64,000 nt of DNA from a bacterium (Candidatus Blackallbacteria) CG13_big_fil_rev_8_21_14_2_50_49_14 (GTDB lineage Bacteria; Cyanobacteriota; Sericytochromatia; UBA7694), in the NCBI GenBank assembly GCA_002783405.1, contig PFGG01000035.1, positions 113,615-177,614 on the forward strand. Direction: 5' to 3'. A model generated the notes under the pieces. That model was not told where the DNA came from. It searched no databases and saw only the letters and a list, made by a program, of their open reading frames with translations. The stretch's first letter is position 1. Each line of letters begins with the position of its first letter. Shown here one piece after another: positions 51,997 to 61,855 of this stretch. The position numbers were made by a program, and so were the translations under genes.

Positions 51997-52440
51997 ATGT
52001 TTTTAAAATCCTTGCTTTTGTCTGTTCTTCTCTTGACAGGCCTGACCTCGTCTGCCTGGGCCACTCCCCCTGTAAAGGCTACCGAAGATTTGTTTTTGCC
52101 AAATCTTCCCTTGCGCACCCTGCAGGCAGGCTCCAGACAGCCGGTTTATATTCAGATCAGCCCGCAAAATCACGCCCAGGTTTTAAAGCATTACCTGGCC
52201 CTCAGCCAAACCCCCGACTGGCATCTCGATTTCCCCTCAGAAACAGAAGCTCAAATCTGGATTGAAACCTTAAAAAAAACAGGAAAAACGCCCGTCTTTA
52301 TCTTGAGTTTATCCCATTTAAAATCAAAACTTAATGCACACTTAACCATAGGAGCCCTGCCAGAAACAAGGGAACTCAGGGGGCAGACTATAATTACCAT
52401 ATATACAACGCCTTATCGTTTTGGGCGTTCAGGGAGGTAG
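51997..52440 (+). CDS. Small secreted hypothetical protein
   Basis: Signal peptide MFLKSLLLSVLLLTGLTSSAWA. It lies 6 nt upstream of the cpaB-like gene. Confidence 0.4.
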   Translation: MFLKSLLLSVLLLTGLTSSAWATPPVKATEDLFLPNLPLRTLQAGSRQPVYIQISPQNHAQVLKHYLALSQTPDWHLDFPSETEAQIWIETLKKTGKTPVFILSLSHLKSKLNAHLTIGALPETRELRGQTIITIYTTPYRFGRSGR

Positions 52441-52446
52441 AGCGAC

Positions 52447-53766
52447 GTGTCATCAATCGATCATCTGCGCAATAAATTGCGCTCAAATCATCAGGATACT
52501 CAGGAACTAACGCCTGAAACCGGGGCCCATGAGGCCCCCAAAAGTTTTCGCCGCCCATCCCCTGTATTTACTGACGAACTGCCAGGCACTGCAGATTTAG
52601 ATGCTTCCGTGTTTCAAGAACCCGCCTCTCCCTCCACAAACGCAGCTCCGGTCAGCGAAACCCAGCCCAAAAAAGCCAATCCTCTGCTCGAAAAACTGAA
52701 ACAACTTGAAGTCAACCGCAAAATGCTGATCATCGCGCTCGGTGTGGCGGGTTTAGCTACTCTTCTGTCCATGAGTTATATCAAAGGCATTGCAGAACCT
52801 CTGAGAGGGCAATCCAAATTGATCAAGGTCGTGACCCTGGTCAAAGATGTTCCGGCCCGCACCCCCCTCAAAGAAGACATGGTGCAAATCAAAGAAATTC
52901 CTGCCGCCTATGTACCTGAAGGAGCGACGCGCGTAGAGCCAGGCAAAACGCCTGTTGTTTTGGGAATGCTCACCGTGACCGCTCTGTATAAGGGTGAAAT
53001 GCTGATGAAAGAACGCATGTCAGACCCCAATGCCGCTACAGGTCTGGCGACACAAATTCCCGAAGGGCACCGGGCGATTACCGTACGCACCGACAATGCC
53101 TATTTAATGAAGCCCGGCGATTATGTTGACGTCATTGCCGCCATCAAAGATCTGAATCCCGTGCGCCGTGGAAAAATCATCTCGATTCCCGTACTCCAAC
53201 GCGCCAAGATTCTGGCGGTGGGCAATCAATTTACAAGCGAAGCCGGTAATAGCGGCAACAGCAACAGCATGCCGCGTGAAATCACGGTGGCTGTTCCCGA
53301 TGAGCGAGTCAATCTGATGAGTATTCTCGAGCAAAGCAATGGCAAGTTCAATGTGATTCAGCGCGCAGCGGGTGATCAACATATTCAGACCGAGCTGTAT
53401 ACAATTCAGGAAATTGAAGATGCGCTTCAGGGCAAATTTGAATCGACGCCAACCGCCGATACCACCACCCCAACCAAAGAAGTAAAGCCAGCCGCTAAAA
53501 CAACCAAAGAAGAAGATCCGACGGAAGAAGATATTTCCAAACTGGTCGATCTCTCTGGAGGAGCACCCGCAGCCCCTGCGGCGCCGGCTTACCGCGCCCC
53601 AGCCTACCGTGCGCCCGTTTACAGAGCTCCTGTCCGCCAGGCTCCCCGCCGTCCCGCTGCGGCCCCAGCCCAACGGCCCGCAGCAGCACCGGCACGTGCC
53701 CCCGTCCGTCCCTACCGTGCACCCACTGTAATTCAGGGGGGCGTTCAAACCCAGGGTGGAGAATAA
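52447..53766 (+). CDS. CpaB/RcpC-like (SAF-domain) Flp-pilus assembly protein with a C-terminal Pro/Ala-rich APAYR repeat tail
   Basis: N-terminal transmembrane segment. SAF/CpaB core (LIKVVTLVKDVPARTPL..., GDYVDVIAA, AKILAV). Tail APAYRAPAYRAPVYRAPVRQAP.... Confidence 0.6.
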   Translation: MSSIDHLRNKLRSNHQDTQELTPETGAHEAPKSFRRPSPVFTDELPGTADLDASVFQEPASPSTNAAPVSETQPKKANPLLEKLKQLEVNRKMLIIALGVAGLATLLSMSYIKGIAEPLRGQSKLIKVVTLVKDVPARTPLKEDMVQIKEIPAAYVPEGATRVEPGKTPVVLGMLTVTALYKGEMLMKERMSDPNAATGLATQIPEGHRAITVRTDNAYLMKPGDYVDVIAAIKDLNPVRRGKIISIPVLQRAKILAVGNQFTSEAGNSGNSNSMPREITVAVPDERVNLMSILEQSNGKFNVIQRAAGDQHIQTELYTIQEIEDALQGKFESTPTADTTTPTKEVKPAAKTTKEEDPTEEDISKLVDLSGGAPAAPAAPAYRAPAYRAPVYRAPVRQAPRRPAAAPAQRPAAAPARAPVRPYRAPTVIQGGVQTQGGE

Positions 53767-53790
53767 ATCTTCACAAGGCTCAAAATAAAA

Positions 53791-53824
53791 AAGCCCCGCT
53801 GCATAGCGGGGCTTGAGCTTTTTG
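53791..53824 (+). terminator. Rho-independent terminator after the cpaB-like gene
   Basis: Stem aagccccgct / agcggggctt with a gcat loop, followed by gagctttttgg. Confidence 0.7.
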
Positions 53825-54037
53825 GCGGCTCGGTTCAAGGGTTACGCATTTAGTATGCAATAAAATAAATCCAGGTACAGCGACGAAGCCAACACCCAGA
53901 GTGAGAGCTTGGTCACATTGCCCCTCTCTGAAAAGGGGTAAAAATAAGGGTGGGAACCTCTATTTAGCAATCTTTAACAAGCAAGAGAAAACGCTCTCAC
54001 CATCACCGTCTAAGTAGGCTAGAGAAATCCCCAAAAA

Positions 54038-54046
54038 CCTGTGCTA
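54038..54046 (+). promoter_or_regulatory. Candidate extended -10 (TGcTAAAAT) for the adhesin gene
   Basis: The element ctgTGCTAAAATgaaa lies about 60 nt upstream of the ribosome-binding-site-supported ATG at 54106. Confidence 0.3.
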
Positions 54047-54105
54047 AAATGAAAACTGTCTGTTTTGGGACTGAAAATTCGCCATTGATCAAAAAGGAAA
54101 CCTTC

Positions 54106-57100
54106 ATGAGCAAACGAGCTGGAAAATCTGGTGCTGTATTATTATTGTCTGGAATCGTCGGATTAATGACCAGTTGTGGACCGGCCCCGGCCCCCACCGT
54201 GAATGTCAAACCCATCCCTACTACGGTTCCACCGAGTATTGCCCAGACGCCTTTACCTGGCTCCAGCCTGTTGCCCATTCCCAGTCTTCCAGGTCAGACC
54301 CCCACTCCGGGTTCTTCGGGTACCCCAGGAACGCCCATTGCCACTCCCACCCCCATTCCAGGCCCAGGCCAATTGGCGATCAGTTCATCGACCTTGCCCA
54401 CCGCAGCCTTAAATTTCACCTATAACGCCGCGTTAACAGCCGTAGGCGGCAGCGGTTCCTACCGTTGGAACCTGGCCTCAGGAACCTTGCCCAATGGCCT
54501 AATCCTTGATCAGGCAACCGGTCAAATTTTTGGAAAACCCACTCAAACAGGTACCTTCAGCTTCGAAGTTCAGGCAATTGACACCGCAGCCAACGCCGCA
54601 CGCCGCAGTATGTTTATCCTGGTTTCAGACACCAATAGCGGTGTCAATTCTGTCGGCGTACTGACCACCAGTCTGGTCAGCGGCACGGTCGATCGGCGCT
54701 ATTCACAAACCTTGAATGTGGGCGGCGGTGTTGCCCCCTATTCCTGGAGTATCAGCAGCGGCGCTCTGCCTGACGGGCTCGAAATCAACCCCACCACTGG
54801 TGAAATCAGCGGAACCCCCAAACTGCAGGGCGAAGAAACCTTTACCATCAAAGTCATCGATGCCCGTGGGCAAGCAGCGACCAAAACCCTGAGTATAACC
54901 ATTAACCGTACCGATTCCAATATCGCCATTCTGACCGATACGCTCCCGATCGGGATCCTCAATAAAGCCTATGTGCGCACAGGTTGTGGCACAGCTTTTT
55001 CAGGTCAACTGGCTGCCACAGGTGGTAACAATACCTATACCTGGCAAGTCAGCAGCGGCACCCTGCCCACCGGCTTAACCCTGGCCAGCAATGGAGCCCT
55101 GACCGGCACCCCCACAGCCACAGGCGCCTCAACCTTCACCGTACAGGTTTCGGATACCGATAACAACCGCACCAGCAAGGTTTTTACCGTCGAAATCCGA
55201 GATATTCTGGTTCACCGCTTCTCTCCCAATGCAGGTGGAGAAGGTTTGCGAATTGTGGTAGAAGGTGAAAACTTTGGCAGCAATGCCGACAATTACAATG
55301 TGGAATTTGGAGGCGTCAATCAGGCCACCATTGCAGCCAAAGACACCACCACAGACCCAAATTGTCATAAATTGACACTCGCCATTCCTGCAGGAGCCAA
55401 AACCGGTATGTTGCTGGTAAAAAATACCACCACAGGCAAAAACGGCTCAAGCACCATTCCTTTTCTTGCCACAGACGTGGTCATTAACGAAGTCTTCACC
55501 AATCCTGACAGCAGCGGCAATCAATTCGTTGAGCTGCTCAACAAAGGCACCAGCTCAGCCAGCATTGCCGGATGGCATCTGCGCTATACCGATAAAAATG
55601 GCACGCTTGCAGACTTCACCATTCCCGCAGAAACACCTCCCTTGGCCCCTGATGCTGTGACTGTCATCAATATCAACAAAGCAGGTGGCAGCTCAGCGAC
55701 CAATCTGTATACAGGCACAGGCCTTGCAGAAATGCGCTTTGACCCCACCAATGCCACGGCAAGCAGTGCACTCACTCAGATTGCCCTCTGTACAGATTCA
55801 GCTTGCACAGTCACCGCAACCGATACCAATTACCGTGATTATCTCCAGTTTGGCCCCAACGCAGCCACCGATGGCGGCGCACTTGAAAACAATGCGGTCA
55901 CCTCAGGTATTTGGACAGATAACGCAACCCTCGATGTCACCACCCTAAAAGGGGTTTTGGATACCGCCAATATCAACAATACCAATGCCCACAACGGTAC
56001 CAATGATGGCACAACAAACCAAGGCCTGTTGCTTTCTGCAGCAGATGCCGCTAAATTTGCAGTCAATGATGTGATTGTCTTTGACAACGCTGCCACAGGG
56101 GGTAAAATCACACGCCAAAAACGTACCGTGCCAGCCAAAAATGGCAATCGCGTGACCCTTGACTCTGCCCTCTTTACCTCTACCATTCAAAGCACCAATA
56201 CAGGCAACGGCACGACAGGCAATGGTATTTTGGTTGACAAAACCACCGACACCTTCAGTTCCATGAGTGTGTCTGATTTCGTCAATGTCTTGGCCGGTGG
56301 CACGATCCGCACTGTAAGTGCACTTCCCGCTGGCCCCAAAATTGAATTGGACAATACCATCAATACCTTTGTCGATGCCAACAATACCAGTGATGGCTTG
56401 CTCGCCAATGGCGGTTTATTGGTTAAGGCCGGTACATCAGCCACCTTCCCAGCATCCTCTGTCGTCACCATTACCGTAGGTCAAGGCACTACCGCATTTA
56501 CGGTAAACCGCAATGTGGTCAGTCTGCCTGATGCCAACCATGTGGTGATTGACCAGGCGCTGGCAACCGCTCCTGTTTCTGCAGCCAATACAGGGGATGG
56601 CACCTTTGGAAACGGCATTGATGTCACCTCAGCCACCAATTTCTTAACGGGTCGCAAGGTCTTTATCAATGGTCAAACACGTGTTGTCAGCATCAACTCA
56701 ACACAATCTACCAATAAGTTTGAGCTCAAAGATACTTTGGGCAATTATCAGCCGATTGCCAGCATGAGCATCGCAACCAATAATACAGGAACAGGTGCTT
56801 CTGGCAGTGAAATTTCTGTAGCTGCCACAACAGGCTTCAGCATTGGCAGCAAAGTGCGCATCAATGGCCAGATACGCACGATTGCAGGCATGATTCCTGG
56901 CCCCAAACTGCAATTGGATCAACCATTGTCAATGGTCATCAGCAATGCCTTGGGAGATGGAAGCACGGGCAATGGCGTCACGGTATCTTCCACCCAAGGT
57001 TTTGCCAGCACCAACAATATCCTGATTGCAGGTCAGACCAAAACGATTACGGTGGTGGGCAGCACCCTCGAGTTCGCCCCGATCAGCTTCACCCCCAATA

Positions 57101-57804
57101 CAGACGTTGACGGAACCAGCTCAGCCCAAATCGTGCTGGATGCCACCGTCGGTGGCATTGCCAAAGTAGGAGACGGCCTGCGTATCCCCGGTAAGAACGT
57201 CGTTCGCAATATTGCAACCAAAGCAGGCAATAATGTCACCTTGAATGCGCCTTTCGTAACCACTACTTCAGGAGCAGCTGTTACCGTGGCCACCAACACA
57301 CTGACTGTGGCAAGCACAACAAACTTTGCTGCGGGTGATAAAATCCGTTTTGCGGGGGGTGGAAATGGCGGTGCGATTGCAACCATTCAAAGCGTAACGC
57401 CAACCTCTATTACCTTCACTGGAAACGTCAACAATATTGCCTTGGGAGAAACCCTTAACCTCGATGTCAATGGCGTAGCACTCAACTATGTCCCCATCTC
57501 GGGAACGATTGTGATGCAAGGCAATGCCAGCAATACAGATTTCGTAGACACTTTGCATCTGGTGCCCACAAGTGGCTCCTTTACATTGGTGCCCTTTGAT
57601 ACAACGGCCTCAACGCCCAGTACGCAAAGCACCAATAACGACGATACCGATGGCGTACTTTCGCGGGTTCCCACCAGTGGAACCATTCTGGTCGCTCCGA
57701 AATCTGGAACCATCAGCAAATACTTCTCAATCAAGTATGACGGTTCAGGCAACGCGACGACCGACTTTACAGCCACTTCGGCCCCCACTGGCGGAACGAA
57801 GTAG
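54106..57804 (+). CDS. Giant surface lipoprotein / adhesin with tandem He_PIG (putative Ig) domains, an IPT/TIG domain, a lamin-tail domain and long Thr/Gly/Asn-rich repeats
   Basis: Lipobox LMTSC. He_PIG repeats (GGSGSYRWNLASGTLPNGL...TGTFSF.V). IPT domain (HRFSPNAGGEGLRIVVEGENFG). Lamin-tail domain (VVINEVFTNPDSSGNQFVELLNKG...AGWHLRY). Ribosome-binding site aaaaggaaa precedes the start. Confidence 0.75.
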   Translation: MSKRAGKSGAVLLLSGIVGLMTSCGPAPAPTVNVKPIPTTVPPSIAQTPLPGSSLLPIPSLPGQTPTPGSSGTPGTPIATPTPIPGPGQLAISSSTLPTAALNFTYNAALTAVGGSGSYRWNLASGTLPNGLILDQATGQIFGKPTQTGTFSFEVQAIDTAANAARRSMFILVSDTNSGVNSVGVLTTSLVSGTVDRRYSQTLNVGGGVAPYSWSISSGALPDGLEINPTTGEISGTPKLQGEETFTIKVIDARGQAATKTLSITINRTDSNIAILTDTLPIGILNKAYVRTGCGTAFSGQLAATGGNNTYTWQVSSGTLPTGLTLASNGALTGTPTATGASTFTVQVSDTDNNRTSKVFTVEIRDILVHRFSPNAGGEGLRIVVEGENFGSNADNYNVEFGGVNQATIAAKDTTTDPNCHKLTLAIPAGAKTGMLLVKNTTTGKNGSSTIPFLATDVVINEVFTNPDSSGNQFVELLNKGTSSASIAGWHLRYTDKNGTLADFTIPAETPPLAPDAVTVININKAGGSSATNLYTGTGLAEMRFDPTNATASSALTQIALCTDSACTVTATDTNYRDYLQFGPNAATDGGALENNAVTSGIWTDNATLDVTTLKGVLDTANINNTNAHNGTNDGTTNQGLLLSAADAAKFAVNDVIVFDNAATGGKITRQKRTVPAKNGNRVTLDSALFTSTIQSTNTGNGTTGNGILVDKTTDTFSSMSVSDFVNVLAGGTIRTVSALPAGPKIELDNTINTFVDANNTSDGLLANGGLLVKAGTSATFPASSVVTITVGQGTTAFTVNRNVVSLPDANHVVIDQALATAPVSAANTGDGTFGNGIDVTSATNFLTGRKVFINGQTRVVSINSTQSTNKFELKDTLGNYQPIASMSIATNNTGTGASGSEISVAATTGFSIGSKVRINGQIRTIAGMIPGPKLQLDQPLSMVISNALGDGSTGNGVTVSSTQGFASTNNILIAGQTKTITVVGSTLEFAPISFTPNTDVDGTSSAQIVLDATVGGIAKVGDGLRIPGKNVVRNIATKAGNNVTLNAPFVTTTSGAAVTVATNTLTVASTTNFAAGDKIRFAGGGNGGAIATIQSVTPTSITFTGNVNNIALGETLNLDVNGVALNYVPISGTIVMQGNASNTDFVDTLHLVPTSGSFTLVPFDTTASTPSTQSTNNDDTDGVLSRVPTSGTILVAPKSGTISKYFSIKYDGSGNATTDFTATSAPTGGTK

Positions 57805-57814
57805 TTTCAAGAGC

Positions 57815-57848
57815 TTAAAAAAGGGGGCTTCGGCCCCCTCTTTTTATG
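57815..57848. terminator. Bidirectional rho-independent terminator between the adhesin (+) and recD2 (-)
   Basis: Sequence aaaaaaGGGGGCttcgGCCCCCtcttttta, with an A-run and a T-run flanking a perfect GC stem. Confidence 0.75.
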
Positions 57849-57882
57849 GGTTCAGAAAGACTTTTCCCCTGAAAACAGCCGC

Positions 57883-60054
57883 TTAAGCTTGCTCCAGGCG
57901 ATCCGCCAAATGGCTGAAGCGCTTGTTCTGGCCCTGGTTTTTCACCGCCAGCGCCAGCGCCTTGCGTTGGCCCACCAGAATCAAAAGACGCCGGGCCCGC
58001 GTCATGGCGGTATAAATCAGATTGCGCTGCAGCATCAGATAATGCTGCATACTCACTGGCAAAATCACCACAGGATATTCACTGCCTTGCGATTTATGCA
58101 CCGAAAGTGCGTAAGCCAAAGCCAGTTCATCGCTGTCAGAGAAATCATACTCTACAACTCCCTCAGGAAAGCGCACACGCAGAAGCTGATCTTCGGGTTC
58201 AAAATGCACCAACTCCCCCATATCGCCATTAAACACTTCACGATCATAATTATTGCGCAGTTGAATTACGCGATCTCCCAAACGCAAGGTGCGGCTCCCG
58301 CGGGTCAATTCGCTTTTCTGCGGGGTTGCAGGGTTTAAAATGGCCTGTAATTCCTGATTCAAACGATGCGCCCCGATCAGCCCTCGGTTCATCGGACAGA
58401 GCAATTGAATCTCTTCAGCACTGAAACCGGCAGCAGGCAAACGGCGCGCAACCAAATCCAAGATTTGTTCCAGCACCTCTTCAGGGGTTTCTGCAGGAAT
58501 AAAAAAGCAATCTTCAGAGCGATGCGCACCTGTGGGAGGCAAGAGTTCAGGCAAATATCCCTGATTCACGCGGTGCGCGTTGCGAACAATTAAACTGGCC
58601 TGGGCCTGACGAAAAATCTGCTGCAGACAAACGGAGGGAATCACCTGAGATTGAAGCAAATGTTGCAGAACAGCTCCCGGCCCCACAGAAGGCAGTTGAT
58701 CGCTGTCTCCAACCAGAATCAAATGGGCTTCTGCTGGCAAGGCCTTGAGCAGAAAATGAAAAAGAGGCAAATCAATCATACTGACTTCATCAAGAAGCAG
58801 AACATCAACCTCCAGCGGAAAATGCTCATCCCGTTTAAAGGCCTGGCGGGAAGGATCAAACTCCAATAAACGGTGAAGCGTTTTTGCGGGCCGCCCCGTC
58901 ACCTCATTCAAACGCTTGGCTGCCCGCCCTGTGGGAGAAGCCAGCAATAATTTGCGATTTTGAGCCTCAAACCAGCCAATGATCGCCTTACTGACGGTTG
59001 TTTTGCCTGTTCCCGGCCCCCCTGTCAAAATAAATACCTTCTGGCTGGCCGCCTGTCGAACCGCTTCACGCTGCTCGGGAGCCAATTCCATGCCCTGCCT
59101 CTTTTCAAAGCTTTCCAGCCATTGCAGCAAAACCTGAGGATCGGGGGGTTCACTCTGGGCCAAAAGCCCCTTGAGGCGACGTGCTACACCAGCTTCGGCA
59201 TGCCAAAGAGAGGCAAGATAAATGGCTGGATTATCGGGCTCACCTTCTAAAATCACCTGATCGGCCTGCCCCAACTCAGTCAAAATTTCTGGCAAAAGCC
59301 CAGGTTCAATCGCCAAAAGTTCAGCCGTATTTTCAAAAAGTTGACTGCGGGGCAAATAGAGATGCCCCTCATCTGTGGCGCGCTGCAGCGCATAAATCAG
59401 GCCTGCACGCAGTCGAAACGGGCTGTCTGGCGCATGCCCCAGCTCCTGCGCCAGTTTATCCGCAGTTTTAAAACCAATGCCCCAAATTTCTTCCGCCAAA
59501 CGGTAGGGATTGGCCTGCACAATCGCAATCGCTTCATTGCCATATTTTTTGTAGATTTTCACGGCATAGGTCGTTGAAACCCCGTGCTCCTGCAGAAACA
59601 CCATCACGTTCTGAATTTCGCGGTGTTCAAACCAACTGCGCACAATCATATCGCGCTTACGCGGCCCAATTAAAGACACTTCCAAAAGACGTTCTGGGGC
59701 CGTTTCAATCACGTCAATAATCTCAAGTCCGAACGCTTTCACCAGACGTTTTGCCGTAACAGGCCCCACGCCTTTGATCAAACCTGAGGCTAAATACTTT
59801 TCAAGCCCAACAGCGGTAGCCGGCATCAGTTTTTCAATTTGAAAAGCTTTAAATTGCGCCCCATGCTTGGGGTGAAGCCCCCAAATACCAAACAGGCGAA
59901 CAGATTCTCCAGCATACAAAGGGGGCATATTGCCTACCACAGTGGCCAAATCCTGACTGCGCGGAACTTTCAGTTTAAAAACAGCATAGCCAGTTTCTTC
60001 AGCCTGAAAAGTGACGCGCTCAATAATGCCTTCAAGGGTTTCTTGTTTTTCCAT
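57883..60054 (-). CDS. recD2: RecD2-like ATP-dependent 5'-3' DNA helicase
   Basis: N-terminal OB/HhH region. Walker A ILTGGPGTGKTT. UvrD/SF1B motifs and a C-terminal SH3-like domain. Length is 723 aa. Confidence 0.85.
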   Translation of the reverse strand: MEKQETLEGIIERVTFQAEETGYAVFKLKVPRSQDLATVVGNMPPLYAGESVRLFGIWGLHPKHGAQFKAFQIEKLMPATAVGLEKYLASGLIKGVGPVTAKRLVKAFGLEIIDVIETAPERLLEVSLIGPRKRDMIVRSWFEHREIQNVMVFLQEHGVSTTYAVKIYKKYGNEAIAIVQANPYRLAEEIWGIGFKTADKLAQELGHAPDSPFRLRAGLIYALQRATDEGHLYLPRSQLFENTAELLAIEPGLLPEILTELGQADQVILEGEPDNPAIYLASLWHAEAGVARRLKGLLAQSEPPDPQVLLQWLESFEKRQGMELAPEQREAVRQAASQKVFILTGGPGTGKTTVSKAIIGWFEAQNRKLLLASPTGRAAKRLNEVTGRPAKTLHRLLEFDPSRQAFKRDEHFPLEVDVLLLDEVSMIDLPLFHFLLKALPAEAHLILVGDSDQLPSVGPGAVLQHLLQSQVIPSVCLQQIFRQAQASLIVRNAHRVNQGYLPELLPPTGAHRSEDCFFIPAETPEEVLEQILDLVARRLPAAGFSAEEIQLLCPMNRGLIGAHRLNQELQAILNPATPQKSELTRGSRTLRLGDRVIQLRNNYDREVFNGDMGELVHFEPEDQLLRVRFPEGVVEYDFSDSDELALAYALSVHKSQGSEYPVVILPVSMQHYLMLQRNLIYTAMTRARRLLILVGQRKALALAVKNQGQNKRFSHLADRLEQA

Positions 60055-60166
60055 AGTAATGCCAATGTCCCTATTTTAACCCATCTGGTGCGCTGAGAAA
60101 TCCAGCCCAAGCAGCTTGTGCTAGAATGAGGCCTGTCAGTGTTTTATTTCGTTGAGGAGATCTTGT

Positions 60167-60433
60167 ATGTCAGCCAAAACTTTACCCGAAAAAGAGCAAA
60201 CCCTGCAAACGCTTTTTTCGCGTTTAAAAATTATCCGCAATCTTTCTTTGGGTGTCAGTACACTGGGAACAGGCCTGATGGTCGGCGCTATCAAAAAACC
60301 TTTGGGTGCCCCCACGATTGTTGCTGCAGCCACCCTGACAGCACTGGCACTAACTTCTGCGGCAACCGCTCAGGTTCTGCTGAGTTTGAACGAACAGCTT
60401 GAATCCATGCTGAATCAACCCAACGCACAGTAA
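60167..60433 (+). CDS. Small hypothetical membrane protein (88 aa)
   Basis: Ribosome-binding site gaggag 7 nt before the ATG. One or two hydrophobic segments. A TGcTAGAAT -10-like element lies about 45 nt upstream. Confidence 0.4.
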   Translation: MSAKTLPEKEQTLQTLFSRLKIIRNLSLGVSTLGTGLMVGAIKKPLGAPTIVAAATLTALALTSAATAQVLLSLNEQLESMLNQPNAQ

Positions 60434-60442
60434 GCAAACGCT

Positions 60443-61855
60443 TTAGGGCAAGCCCAAAACACTTTCCTGCACCAACCCCAAGGCAGCCAGATACTCTGCC
60501 CAGGCCTTAAACCAGGATTCCAGGGCCTCTATCTGCTCATTCACAGCATCGCCCCGGCTTTGCTCGCGTAAATTAAGCACCAAAAGCGTCGTGGCTCCCA
60601 AAGCAAAGCGTTCCTGCTCCGCAAGCTCCAGTTCCTGAGCGACCTGGACCTGCTGACGCGCCAGATTCACCCGCTGCTGGGCTGCTACAAGCGCAGTCAC
60701 CACACTTTGTAACTCAACCGCAATCTTTTCATGCCAAAACCCATACTCTAATTCAAGTTGTTTCTGTTTGGCAACCAGCTCCTGCAAAAGCCCTGTGGCC
60801 TTGCGGTTTTGCACAGGCCATTCCAGCCCCAAACCAGCCTCAAGCTCCAAAGGATCACGGGTCTTGTCACTTCCGCCTAAATCCTTCGAAATCGCGAAAT
60901 TCAGATCCAATTGGGGTTGCTTTTGATTCTCAGCCCAGACACGGCTCAAACGGTTTTGCTCTAGCTGCACAAGATAGCCCAAAGGTTCAGGTCGGCGCGC
61001 AAGCGCCTGGGTAAGCGGCTTCAAAAGTTGATCTGCCGCTCGGTTCTGAACCGGCGGAAAATCGGCAAAGGCTTGTGCCCCGGTAAAAACCGATGCGGTT
61101 TGCTTGCGCAAATACAAAGACAGTTCCCAGGCCATGGTTTGCTGTTTTTGGCGGGTTTCAATCAGCTTGGCCTGGCGCTTAAAAATTGAAGTTTGATTTT
61201 CTATTTGGGCAATGCGGGGCAATTGCCCCAATTGGATACTTTTGAGAATATCCTGATTGCGCTTCTCAGCCAGGTGCAACAAATCTTCTGCCAATCGGGT
61301 TTTATGAGCTGCGGCGACCCAAGACCAATAATATTTACTGGCTTCTTTGACAAATTTTAATTGTTTTTCAAAAACGTCCAAGCGTGCCAATTCCAATTCC
61401 AAATCAGCCTGCGCAATCTCCAAACGCACCTGATCAATCACCCCATCCCGCAACAAAGGCAGGCGAAACCCGGTTCGAATCTCGCCCAACCCATCGGTCT
61501 GTTTTTTTCCATCGTAGGGCGCAATATTACCGGCTCCCAAACGGTAACCGCCAAAGAGGCTCAAGCCCCAGAGAGGCAAGGCCTGCTCGACTTGACTATC
61601 GAGCACGATTTGCTCGTAATAGCCCAAAGGAATCGCACTGCCTTTGGCCTTGAGCTTAGTATCAAAGGCCCCTTGTTTTTGTAAACGTTTGCCCTTTGCC
61701 ATTTCCAATTTCTGCCGCGCCGCTTGCAAAGGCGGGTAATGCTGATCCAAGGATTGCAATACGCTTTCCAGACTCAAATTTTGGGCAAAAATGGGCTCTG
61801 CCCCCATCAAAAGCCAGGCAACCAGCATGAAAAAAAACCATTTGCTTTGTTTCAT
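60443..61855 (-). CDS. TolC-family outer membrane efflux protein
   Basis: Signal peptide. Two OEP repeats with coiled-coil/barrel periodicity. Length is 470 aa. ATGA coupling to hlyD. Confidence 0.85.
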   Translation of the reverse strand: MKQSKWFFFMLVAWLLMGAEPIFAQNLSLESVLQSLDQHYPPLQAARQKLEMAKGKRLQKQGAFDTKLKAKGSAIPLGYYEQIVLDSQVEQALPLWGLSLFGGYRLGAGNIAPYDGKKQTDGLGEIRTGFRLPLLRDGVIDQVRLEIAQADLELELARLDVFEKQLKFVKEASKYYWSWVAAAHKTRLAEDLLHLAEKRNQDILKSIQLGQLPRIAQIENQTSIFKRQAKLIETRQKQQTMAWELSLYLRKQTASVFTGAQAFADFPPVQNRAADQLLKPLTQALARRPEPLGYLVQLEQNRLSRVWAENQKQPQLDLNFAISKDLGGSDKTRDPLELEAGLGLEWPVQNRKATGLLQELVAKQKQLELEYGFWHEKIAVELQSVVTALVAAQQRVNLARQQVQVAQELELAEQERFALGATTLLVLNLREQSRGDAVNEQIEALESWFKAWAEYLAALGLVQESVLGLP

